From Eledone cirrhosa (taxonomy: Eukaryota), in assembly GCA_964016885.1 (NCBI GenBank), contig OZ024740.1, forward strand, positions 319,734,001 through 319,798,000: 64,000 nt of DNA. The letters run 5' to 3'. The stretch's first letter is position 1, and each line of letters starts with the position of its first letter. Under the pieces are notes generated by a model. That model saw nothing but the letters and a program-made list of their open reading frames with translations. It did not search any database and was not told the origin of the DNA. Positions 38,682-50,829 of the stretch are shown here, one piece after another. The translations under genes and the position numbers were made by a program.

Positions 38682-39422
38682 AATGTGTGTGTGTGTATAT
38701 GTAAAGAATGAGAGTTACTAAGTAACAGGGGAGACTTATGGGTGGAGGTGAGGTGGGATGGCGGGGTAAGAGAGTAGATATGGAAGTGACTAGAGCGGGA
38801 AAGAAGGGTGTATATACTGGACACTGAGAGAGTGAGAGAGAAAGGGAGAGAGGGGGGGGATATTGAATGAAAATGGAGAGAAAAGAAGTGGCATTGACCG
38901 AACCGAAAAATGAGTTATAAAGGAATGATAGAAAATATAAGAGTGAGGGTGGTGGTGGTGGGAGAGTGTGGAGATAATGAGAGAGAGAGAGGAGTGTTAG
39001 AGGGGGGGTGGAGATAAAGAGAGAGAGAGAGAGGATTAGAGGGGAGGGTGGAGATAAAGAGAGAGAGAGGGGGTTAGAGGGAAAGAGTGGAGATAAAAAG
39101 AGAGAGAGGGGGGGAGGGGATTAGAGGGAGAGAGTGAAGAGTGTGCGAGAGAGAAAGAGAGAGTTAGAATAAAGAGAGATAGAGAAAAGGATTTGTTGAA
39201 TTTGCGCGGAATGAAAGACGAAAAAGAGAGAAAATACTGAAAAGACGGAGAGAATGAAAGAAAAGGAGTGAAGATATTGTAGAAGAGAAAGAGAGAAGAT
39301 ATTGTAGAAGAGAAAGAGATAAAGAGAGAATAATAGGGAACAGGAGGAAATATGGAACTTGGAGTTGGGAAACCTGTGTGTGTGTGAGTGTGTGTGTCTG
39401 AGTGTGTGAGTGTGTGTATATA

Positions 39423-39454
<32 letters not shown>

Positions 39455-39881
39455 TGTGTGTGTATGTGTGCGTGAGTGAGTGTGTGTGAGAGTGAGTGTA
39501 TGTGAATGTGTGTGTGTCTGAGTGTGTGTATGTGTGAAAGAGAGTGAGTGTGTGTTTATGTGAGAGTGTGTCTGAGTGTGTGTGTGGGAGAGAGAGAGTG
39601 TGTGAGTGTGTGTGAGTATGTGTGTATATATATATATGTCTGTGTGTGTGTGAGTGTCTGAGTGTGTGAGTGTGTGTGTATGTGAGTGTGTGTGTGTGAG
39701 TGTGTGTGTATATATATATATGTTTATGTGTGTGTATGTAAAGAGAGACAGGGATAGAATGAAATGCTATGAAAGGGAGCATCTGAAGTGAGACGTAAAG
39801 ATGAGAGAGAAAAATGGCAACTTGTAGACATATAGAGAGAAAGGAGGGGGTGAGACATGAGAGAAACAGATAGATAGATAT

Positions 39882-39924
<43 letters not shown>

Positions 39925-40072
39925 TCTTTCTTTATTTGCCACAAGGGCATACACAAATGGGACATTACAAGACCTGACGGCGGGGGTTTTGCATAAAAAT
40001 CATAACATTAATAAATAACAATAAACTATATATAAAATAAAAGATAGGTACATAGATAGATAGGTCGGTATG

Positions 40073-40145
<73 letters not shown>

Positions 40146-40166
40146 GGATCGGTAGATAGATAGATA

Positions 40167-40553
40167 TGGCTGTGTCAAAATTGAAAGTCAGCATCGTTCT
40201 GTCTACTATCTCATCTATACAGTCATACTTTCTCTTACTTTTTTAGATAGATAGATAGATAGATGGATAGGTAGGTATATAGGTAGGTAGGCAGATAGGT
40301 AGTTAGATAGATAGGTAGATAGACAGACATAGAGAGTGGGGGAAAGATAATTGTGACAGATATACAGAAGAGAGAGGGGGGAGATAGAGAGAGCGAGAAA
40401 GACAAAGAGAGAGAGGGGGGAGAAGAGTGTAAAAGATAAGAGAGAATTTAGTTAAGAAAAGCGCAGAAGTGAGATCAAGAGAGATTTGTTGAGTGAAAGA
40501 CATGGAAATAGAGAAAAACAATAGGTGGAAAAAGGAAACATGGAAAGAAAGAT

Positions 40554-40635
<82 letters not shown>

Positions 40636-40918
40636 GCTGGGAGAAAAAGAGAGAAAACAAGAGTTAGAGTTTAGCAAAACAAATGAGACGAAAAGGTGAG
40701 AGGTGGGAGAAAAGTGTGTAGTGAAGGAAAGAAAAGAGAGAAAACGTAGAAGAGGAAGAAGTAATGATATTAAGAAAGAGTGACAGGGTAGAAGAGAGAG
40801 AGTAAGAGATATAGGTATAAATACGAGAGCGAAGTAGGAGAGAAAAGTAAGAGAAAGTATGACTGTATAGATGAGATAGTAGACAGAACGATGCTGACTT
40901 TCAATTTTGACACAGCCA
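40167..40918. repeat. Perfect 76-bp inverted repeat pair (40167-40242 / 40843-40918)
   Basis: TGGCTGTGTCAAAATTGAAAGTCAGC...CTTACTTTT is the exact reverse complement of AAAAGTAAG...GACACAGCCA. Confidence 0.92.
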
Positions 40919-41798
40919 AACGGCCAATATTGACTGGTTGCTATGTATGACGTCATACGTCGTATAGTCTCTCTAGAACAGACTTTAAATGGCATTATCA
41001 CCACTCACTCACTCACTCACTCATTCATCCGTTGATCTACTAGAATTAACAGCTAAATCTTTTTTAAATGATGATAGCATTGTCCTGGCTGTACAAAAAA
41101 AAAAGACGGGATGATCACGATTGGAGCATTTTTGATGATAGACCTGCAAGATAAGGGCTGTCCTGGGGCTAAACAATATCATTAACCATGCTCACAACCA
41201 TCTTACTCACTTCACCTTTACATTTATTCATTTGTTCACACTTTCTCCTTGCATGGTTCATCCAGTTTCTTACCTACTAGCGTTATTCTCTCACCTACCT
41301 ATTTCTTCAAATATTCAATTACACCCTTCTCACCAACATTTACACTTATTCTTTCCCACATTTACCCATTTTATAACTCATTTGTGCATTCATCCGCCTA
41401 CTGAAGCAACCATTCACTCTTCCTCTTATCAACCGAAGAACCTTACTCAACTCTTTTACATATTCATTCAACCATACACCTTGTTTCTCTCACAGCTTCT
41501 ACACTCTTTATTTGCCATCTGACCAATCAGTCATGGTCAATGAGATTCACTCACTCGCATACATTTTATTCCAGCCAATCACTCATTCACTTCATTCAGA
41601 AGTCACTTAAAGGACGGCTGACTTACAGGACTCATTCGTTCTAATTTTAGCCGCGTTATTAGTCTCCCAGGCTAAAATGGCAGACTTGAATACGCACGTG
41701 TTTTTCCCCCTTTTTTGTGATTTTCTAATTTTCTTCCCGCGCCTTCCTCTTCTCATTTTTTTTCTTTCTAATTTATCTTTTGTTTCTAAATCTATTTT

Positions 41799-41829
41799 CT
41801 GATGAAAGACTAGTGTCCGAAATGTTAAG
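41799..41829 (+). ncRNA. Minimal hammerhead-like motif
   Basis: CUGAUGA-AA-GAC-UAGU-GUC-C-GAAA-UGUUA; both core boxes and a short stem II. Confidence 0.45.
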
Positions 41830-42414
41830 ACACTGTCCCTACTATACCAAGCATTAAACGAATATATTTCTTCAATGTACTGTGTCGTTTGCTTTGTTAT
41901 TTCTGTTTACTTTTTATATATATATGTAGTAAGATCGTAAAAAGAAGGAGTGTAGTGATGTTCAAAGTATAACTGCAATTTTGTTACATGCTACGGTGTG
42001 AGCGTCAGTTATCCATCTCCCATACAATCCTCTGTATTATATAGCAACCTCCTCTACATCATATATACATACGTAATATACTACTTAGTCATCTTCGCTA
42101 TATTACTTTGAATTAATATATGAACGGGACAAGGGCTTGTAGCTTATGTAATTCTGAGAAATTCATAGTAATTAATCTTAACAAATTCAATATCTATTTG
42201 AATGTCAGCTCCGAGATTTTCAATAAATACAGATAGTTCAAGAAATTACTTTTAGCTTCATGGAAAACACAGCCCCAAGATTAAGTTCATTTACCATATT
42301 ATATGACACATTATGAAAACATATACATCAATACAAAATACATTTTTAAATTTATCAGAATTGAACAAAACTTCGAAATTGACACCTAAATTTATATCCG
42401 AAGTAACTAGTATT

Positions 42415-42630
42415 TTACACTAGTAATAGCTTAAACGGGCGGTCACATAAATTCCAATGCTGATATGAGGTAGACTGTCCACATTCCGATAGACATACTA
42501 ATTGTGTTCTGTCCCTGACGTCAACTCCCTCTTGGAGGGATATATCTAGTTTGATTCCGGGTTCCATATCTGAACAACAGATGTTATATTGTCTTATGGT
42601 TGCACCAATGGTTTCATAAACTAACAAGCC
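42415..42630 (-). CDS. Candidate terminal coding exon of an unidentified host gene (71 aa: GLLVYETIGATIRQYNICC...DRPFKLLLV*)
   Basis: Unique-complexity sequence with 71 open codons in phase 0. Preceded on the minus strand by CTAAC (branch-like) and CTCCAG (acceptor) and ends in TAA. The other two phases hit stops immediately. Confidence 0.45.
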   Translation of the reverse strand, partial: GLLVYETIGATIRQYNICCSDMEPGIKLDISLQEGVDVRDRTQLVCLSECGQSTSYQHWNLCDRPFKLLLV

Positions 42631-42658
42631 CTGGAGATTTGCAAGCGATAGCTGTTAG

Positions 42659-43135
<477 letters not shown>

Positions 43136-43679
43136 AAATATACTCCAAACACTTGTTGAGTGCTTTTATATCAGTTATAAATATTTACTAGTTGTAACCC
43201 AACAATTTAAATATAACTTTCCATATATATATATATATATATATATTTCGTTTCTGAATTTGTTTAGCAAGATTCTTTATCTGAAATCGTATATATATAT
43301 AACACATATATATATAAACGTGTATATATATATACACCTTATCTCTTTTTCTCTATCCCTCTCTTTCTCACTCTCTTCGTCTCTCTCTCTCTCTCGTCGT
43401 CTCCCCCCCCCCCTCTCTCCCCTATCTGTTACTCTATCACTATATACAGATGCCTATTATGTAACAATACAAATACATTATCTGTAAGATAGCAATTTTA
43501 CAACAGTGGCTCGAACAGAATATCTAATCTGTTCCAGCCTGCTGCAGGATATATTAAGCAATCAACGCAGCGAAACATGTTTAAAGGATTAATAAATGAA
43601 TCTTTAAAAACATAATAAATCCATCGCTTCTGATATAATTCCGCAATCTTTTAATATATATAAAGTCTTTCCAAAGCCG

Positions 43680-43900
43680 GGAGGCTCATCAGGCTGGTGC
43701 TTATCCAGGTTTCCTTGACATTAAGCGATAGAGAGTACTAAATGACCCCTCCGCTCCACATCGATAGGGCGCCAAGTCATCACATGGTTAAACCCCTTCT
43801 AGTACTTATTTGCAGCTGAGTATACTCAAGCAACGTGAAATGAAGTGTTTTGCTTAAGAACACAACACACCATCCGGTCGAGGAATCGAACCCACGACAT
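43680..43900 (-). mobile_element. SINE, truncated by the mariner insertion
   Basis: GCAACGTGAAATGAAGTGTTTTGCTTAAGAACACAAC...GGAATCGAACCCACGAC is the reverse of the 36430/48100 SINE head and core. Confidence 0.6.
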
Positions 43901-43902
43901 TA

Positions 43903-45156
43903 CAGGTGGGCTCAGTTCTTTGAGGGCACATCTTTAAATAGTTCTAAGTGTTTCTAAATTGTTCTGACTATCATTCCTTTCCAGATAAATGGTGATAGAC
44001 ATCAAGCTAACTCAGCAAATGAAAAGGCACGTTGTAATTGTTACCTTAAAGACAGAGCATAATGATTTAGAGATTGCTCGTTTACTGAAAGTTGCACGGT
44101 TGTTTGTTGTCAATGTTCGCAAACTGCTGGAAGTTACTGGCGGGGGTTCTACAACAGTAGAACCCCTATACGTAAAAGCCCCGCTAAGGGCCCTAATACC
44201 ATTAGAATATCCAATTTGTACGAAAGGTGTAGACAACTATCGATAAGAACCTCATAAAGTCAATTAGCGCTATTGTTAAGGAGTACAAGGTTTCAAGGCA
44301 TACTATAGGGAGAATTATGCATAAGGATCTTCGATACAATTCATTTGTAATGCAGCATGATCAATTTATGTCTACAAAGACAAAACATTATGGTCTTATC
44401 TGCGCAAAGCGTTTGTTGAGCAAGTTGAAACATTAAGAGCCTGGAATACTTTGATTTTTCTTTGATGAAAAAATTTCGAGGAGGGCCAAAAGCTCTACCG
44501 AAGATATGACAGATGGTAATGCAGAGACTATAAAAACGTTTCAATGGTCATGCACACAAAGTATCCAGCAACTGGGATTATTCTGAGAGTGATGAGCAAC
44601 TAAGATGTCATGCCAACTCACTTCTTTCCTCAGGGCTTAAAGGCCAATGCTGCTGATTTTTAGGAGGTGTTAGGAGAGGGTTGTAAGGCTTTGGGTAGAG
44701 AACGTGAGCAAAGAAAGACCGTGCATCTAGGAACAAGACAACTCTGCATCATTTCATAAGGCGAAGGCGACACGCGAATGGATGAGTTACAATCTTCGTG
44801 ATTACGTTGTATGACCTCCAGGCTCTCCAGACATTAATCCGTTGAACTACTACGTATGGGATATAGTCAAGAGGAAAGTCAATTAACGAACCCATAAAAC
44901 TATAAAATCTCTGAAGTCTGCCATAACTAGCACAATGACCAAAATAGATAAAGATTATCTGATTCAGGTATATCAACGTTTCAGACCTCATATTAAAGCA
45001 GTCATTGACACTAATGGTGAACTCATTGAGTTGATGTGTCAAGATGTGTCTCAAGGTTATTAATGCCAATTTCTTTAAAATAAACCTTTTTTTATCATAA
45101 CTTATGCGTCTTTTACTAAATTTATCCTAATGTCCTCGAAGAACTGAGCAACCCTG
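43903..45156 (+). mobile_element. Tc1/mariner superfamily transposon (probably DD37D/maT), full length but pseudogenised
   Basis: TA flanks. Imperfect TIRs CAGGTGGGCTCAGTTCTTTGAGG / CCTCGAAGAACTGAGCAACCCTG. Transposase remnants MVIDIKLTQQMKRH.., F.DEK, HTKYPA, HFFPQGLK, QDNSA..H and PPGSPDINPLNYYVW, with stops and frameshifts. Confidence 0.88.
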
Positions 45157-45226
45157 TATATATAATCGACTTTACATTTCTACAGATTTTAATTTAGATG
45201 GCACTCAATATACTCGTACACACAAC

Positions 45227-45286
<60 letters not shown>

Positions 45287-45950
45287 AGAGAGAGAGAGAG
45301 TGAGAGAGAGAGAAGTGCATATGTATATATATATTTGTGTGCGTGATGTGTGAGTGTGTGTGTGTCTGTGTTTGTATGTCTGCATGTGTGTATGTGTGTA
45401 CTCTTGTTTTCAAAATATTTTCTGAAATGCAGATAAAACTCAACAACAAATGTTTAGAAAATGTTTTTTTCATATTTTTACTGATCAGGCGTTTGGTTAA
45501 ATGTTCAGAATGTCTGTATTAGAGAAACAGTGGCTTAAACCCATTTTAACTCTGATCGAGCATTCCTATGATTCAATCTACTCCAACCAAGATATATTAC
45601 TATCTTTTACAAGAGCAGTGCTATGATTAAATGTATTCCAACCAAAAGATATCTCCATCTTTTAGAAGTGTTATTGTAAGGCTACACAGTCTAATATACA
45701 GTCTTATGGCATGATTTGAAATTTTTTTTTAATCTTAATTCTCTACACTACCACACCATACACAATTTAGCGATGGCTTCAACAATTTCAATCCCGATAA
45801 TGCTACCAGACTTTGCCTCATTTAAAAATTGTGTTATTGAATTTTAAGTTGTATTTTAGTTCTTATATGGTATTAAAGCTGCCACCGAATGAATGCACAT
45901 TAACCGATCTAGTATTGGTATCATCTGAAAGGGTCTGCGTTAGTTTAGAC

Positions 45951-46128
45951 CTGGATTTCCCAAACTTTTTCAAACGCGAAACCCTTTTTGGTTAAGAAAC
46001 TTTTGGGAGAACCGCAAAGTCTAATACTGTTATATGGCCGTAATATAAATATACTCCTCTACCTTTTTTCACGGAACCCTCGTTTGCGGAAACTTTGGGT
46101 TCCGCGGTACCCACTTTGGGAACCACTG
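45951..46128. mobile_element. hAT (Charlie-like) MITE, 178 bp
   Basis: 8-bp TSD GTTTAGAC at 45943-45950 and 46129-46136. Ends CTGGATTTCCCAAAC / TTTGGGAACCACTG. Confidence 0.8.
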
Positions 46129-46522
46129 GTTTAGACCGACTAAATCACTGTTTACTAGTCTTTCGACAAAAGACGTTGTTGTTTTTGAGATCAAAATCAA
46201 TCGCGTTTGAATTGTACAGACCTATCCAATCTTTTAGAGGTGTGTATAACTATCTTGGTTAACTGGTAGAGTCATTAAAATGTCGGATAGAATGCTTTGC
46301 GGTATTTGATGCGGCTCTCTGCAAATTCCGCTAAAATCAACTTTGACTTTGATCCTTTCGTGGTCGATATAAAATGTACCAAGTACGAGTCCAGTACTGA
46401 GGTCGGTTCTTCCTCTATGCCTCTTTCTCACTTCTTCTCTGTCACTCTCTCTGCTTCTCTGGAAGGAATCAAGAAGTACGGGTCCATACATACGTACATA
46501 CATACATACATACATACATACA

Positions 46523-46556
<34 letters not shown>

Positions 46557-46609
46557 CATACATACATGATAGCTGCCTCCTCGTTATCGAGTATGGCCAT
46601 TGCACGATG

Positions 46610-46938
46610 CAGTATCGGTAGAGGGTCGGACGCCATGCTTCCCAGCATAGTTACGTCCCTTTACGATCTGAGTTCAAATCCCGCCGAGGTTGACTTTGCC
46701 TTTCATCCTTACGGGGTCGATAAAATAAAGTACCAGTAATGCACTGGATAATTGCTGGCCTTGTGCCTAAAGTAGAAACAATTAATTAATTCTATCGTGC
46801 TATTCTGAGTTCAAATCCCGCTGAGGTTAACTTTGCCTTTCATCCTTACGGGGTCGATAAAATAAAGTACCAGTAATGCACTGGGTAATTGCTGGCCTTG
46901 TGCCAAAAAGTAGAAACAATTAATTAATTCTATCGTGT
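46610..46938 (+). mobile_element. SINE with tandemly duplicated 3' half
   Basis: TCTGAGTTCAAATCCCGC.GAGGTT.ACTTTGCCTTTCATCCTTACGGGGTCGATAAAATAAAGTACCAG...AGAAACAATTAATTAATT is present twice (~46668 and ~46804). Confidence 0.8.
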
Positions 46939-47199
46939 CAGGCTCAATACTTGTACAGACAAGTATTACTGCAGATCATATATCATTCTTTACTATAGAT
47001 TGTGTGCCATTTCCTTATTCTTTATCAGTAATGTGTACATTGAGGCTCATTTGGCTGCTATTTATAACGAGTAGAGTAAATACACAGAGATCCCCTCTTG
47101 TACTAAATTAGTTTTCTCTTTATCTAAATAAATTCAGCTTTAAAGATCACTTATTAAACATTTGTTAACGTAACCAACCGTACTGGTTATTATTAGCAA

Positions 47200-47525
47200 G
47201 GTAATGCGTGGTGGTATGGCAGTATCGGTAAAGCGTTGGACACTCTGCTTCGTGGCATAGAGTTACAGCCCTTTACATTCTGAGTTCAAATCCCGCCGAG
47301 GTTAACTTTGATTTTCATCTTTATGGGGTCGATAAAATAAAGTACTAGGAACGCACAGGGGTCGATTTAATCGACTTTCCTCTGCCCCAAATTGCTGGCC
47401 TTGTCCCTAAATCAGAAACAATTATTATTAGCCAGAGAGATGGATTGGCAGGAGAGGTGAATTAGTAGAATCGATTTTTCCACCCCCATCAAAATTGTTG
47501 GCCTTGTGACTAAATTAGAAATCAT
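47200..47525 (+). mobile_element. SINE (same family) plus a second fragment
   Basis: B-box GAGTTCAAATCCC, GGGGTCGATAAAATAAAGTAC core, GCTGGCCTTGT tail and (ATT)n. Confidence 0.75.
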
Positions 47526-48099
47526 GATATAAGCAAGAGTAAAGATATGTTTTTCCACTGATTTTATATGAAATGTTCACATGATCCGCTGTGCTGTAGA
47601 CTATTCAGAAAGTGTTCGATAGAATTCATGAGGAAAACTTCGTCGTTCACCACATATAAATTTATTTTTATCTGCATTGTACAACACAATAGGGTCTAAA
47701 TATTCTAAATTAAGAAACTAATCAAGGATTGTATAAGACGCATGCAAGTATTCTTTTAATTGATTTAAATTAGCAACTTCCTTTATCTTATGAAACTCGC
47801 CGTGAACCAAGAAAAGTTTGGTGTGGACTACTAGTCTTCCATTCAAATCACCTGGTGCACCACTGCTGTACATCTCCACAATAGTATATGTATTCTTTGC
47901 TTTCTGTTATAGACAAATTATGTTCGGCTTATCCTGCAGCCATAGCAGAAAGATTTGGTGGGTAGGGTCCTCAAATATTCTTTGTGAAAATTTTTTTGTT
48001 TTTAGCAGAGCAAATCATGAAGTAGAAGCTGTGATACTTGTTGAAGGTCTCTACATCCCTTGTTTGTTTGATATAGGCGTTATTGTTTAGGGCTTCTGA

Positions 48100-48430
48100 A
48101 GGCAAGTGGCTGAGTGGTTAAGGTGTTCAGTTCACGAACATAAGGCCGGGAGTTCTATTCCTGCCAGTGCGGTGTGTCCTTAAACAAGACACTTTATTTC
48201 ACGTTGCTCAAATCCACTCAGGTAGCAAAAAAAGTTGTAACTGTAATTCAAAAGTCCGACTTTATCACATACTGTGTCACGCTGAATCGCACTGAATCAT
48301 TCTGAGAACTACGTAAAGCGGTGCACGTGGCTATGAAATCCTCAGCCACTTTCACATCAATTTCATGAGCAAGCTCTTCTGTTGATCATATCAACTGGGA
48401 GACTCGTCGTTGAAACTGACGGAGATCCAA
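48100..48430 (+). mobile_element. tRNA-derived SINE, near full length
   Basis: A-box TGGCTGAGTGG, B-box GAGTTCTATTCC and core CAAGACACTTTATTTCACGTTGCTC. Confidence 0.7.
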
Positions 48431-48527
48431 TAACAATTATTTAGGCTCAAATTAACACTGTTCAAACACCTCATATGATCAAACGTATTAGAACCGAGAG
48501 CAACGCGTCATTTTGTGTACTATGGAC

Positions 48528-48858
48528 CAGCGGTCGCCAACTGGTGGTCCGAGGGAAAACATTGGTGGTCCGCAGAAAAATGTAGACACTATTCGCAATT
48601 TTTTATGTTTTTTTAATAATAAAACAAAACTAATATCTGGTTAAAATATATTTTATAGCCACACGAAACATGTTTCTCTTCAGTAAATAACTTATATCCA
48701 TGAAAGAATTTTACATATATGAATCTTCAATAGACAATATGACACACGTACGCTTCAGTATTGTTTCGACCTTTGGCCATTAATTCATATTAGTGGTCCA
48801 CGAGATTTAAAATTATGAATTTAGTGGTCCGGGAGATCCGAAAGGTTGTCGACCGATG
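48528..48858. mobile_element. hAT-type MITE, 331 bp
   Basis: 8-bp TSD CTATGGAC (48520-48527, 48859-48866). TIRs CAGCGGTCGCCAAC / GTTGTCGACCGATG. Internal repeated GTGGTCC motifs. Confidence 0.85.
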
Positions 48859-49462
48859 CTATGGACTACACTATCCAATATCTCATATTTTTACTTTAAT
48901 ATGGTAAAGCGAATTTTAAGGGAGAATTGACTACTATTTCTAGCGTCTAGTTCATCCACATAGAGGCTTCTGTGTTGCCTCGTATGTTTAATTGTTATCT
49001 CTGCGTAATATTTTCTCCGGATGATACTGTATATTGTATTAGAATGCAACAAAATGAGGTAATAGCTGATAACATCTTGACACGAAAGCTCATTATATAT
49101 GTATATGTTATGTCAGTCATGGAAACATAATACGATCGACATTTTCTGTCCGATCTTAGAGATTTAAAAGGGTATCCCTATGTCTTTACGTCGTACGTAT
49201 CTTTCTACGGCTGTATATATATATATATGTATGTATGCATTTGTATTGTATGTTGTATGTATGTATATATGTCTCTATGTATGTATGCATGTATATGTGC
49301 ATGTGTATGCATGTATGTTTATATTTAGGTATTATGTAGGAATGTAAGTATGTATGTGTGTCTTTTGTATGTGTATATATATATATACACACACACACAC
49401 ATATATATATATGTATATATAGGTGTGTATGTATATATATATATATTTGTGTGAGTGTATGT

Positions 49463-49497
<35 letters not shown>

Positions 49498-49899
49498 AAT
49501 ATATATATATATTTGTGTGTATGTATATATATATACATTTGTATGAGTGTATGTAGGAAGTATGGTTATAAAAATTGCAACAAAAATGGTGTTGCCCCAG
49601 CATCGCCTCAACCTGTCGGCTTATACAAGTACATTCACACACATACATACATACTTACATACATACATACATAAATGCATACAAACAAACATGCGTACAC
49701 ACATACACACAGATACACACATACACACACATACATACCTACATACCTACATACATACATGCATGCATACATACAAAGAAACATACAAACGTACATACAT
49801 AAGTACATACAAACGTACATACATAAGTACATACATGAAGGCTGCCCCCTCGTTATCAAGTATGGCCATTGCACGATATGCCATTATTAATAACTATTA

Positions 49900-50092
49900 A
49901 TTAATTGTTTCTACTTTTAGCACAAGGCCAGCAATTACCCAGTACATTACTAGTACTTTATTTCATCGACCCCGAAAGGATGAAAGGCAAAGTTAACCTC
50001 CACGGGATTTGAACTTAGGCCGGAATGGGACGTAACTATGCTAGAAAACATGGTGTCTGACCCTCTGCCGATACTGCCAATTCACCGCTCTA
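49900..50092 (-). mobile_element. SINE (46610 family), reverse orientation
   Basis: GTTTCTAC...CACAAGGCCAGCAATT...TCGACCCCGAAAGGATGAAAGGCAAAGTTAACCTC...GATTTGAACT. Confidence 0.75.
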
Positions 50093-50682
50093 TTAATTAA
50101 TGCTATCGTGCAATGCCTGTGTGTGAAGATTTTTTTTTAAGTGAGGAAAGACTGTGCACTGAGCCAATCCCATACTCTGAGCGACAGTAGCTATAACCTG
50201 AAAAGAAGAAAAGATCAACATCATCGGTAATTACTGAGCCGCAGGTTTTATGTCGGAGTTATCCCAGTTTACTGAGTTGCCTTCTCCTAGAAGAATGCCC
50301 TGATAAAGGCTAGGGGTTCTTCACTTCCAGTGGTTTAACCGCGTGATCGGGTATCTAGCCCAATCAAGGAAGAATTGGTTACTATTTGATATACATACAT
50401 ATGTATACATATATACATATATACACATGTATATACATCTTTACACATTTTTGGATGGCCGTTGACTATACAGGTTTTGATTTTTGTCCTGTATGGTGTC
50501 TAAAATCACCCTCCTCACCAAGTAAACTTGGTGGGGTTGCCGGTTTAGTCGCCGACGATCCAACTATGCGACAGGTTGTAAGGGGTTACATGTTACCTTT
50601 AGCACTCAAGAGTGACCCGATACATACATATACATCCATCCATTCATACATGTATACATACATACACACATACATATACACA

Positions 50683-50714
<32 letters not shown>

Positions 50715-50829
50715 AACATACATATATACATACAAACAAAAATACATGTATACACATATACATACATATATTCATTCATCCATTCATCCACACATACATA
50801 CCTACATACATACATACATTCATACATAT

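Noticed and set aside
47818-48090. 90-aa ORF in unique-looking sequence
   Set aside because: No recognisable motifs or splice support; possibly an old TE remnant.
48100-48175. tRNA gene
   Set aside because: A/B boxes are present but there is no proper cloverleaf, and the sequence continues into a SINE body.
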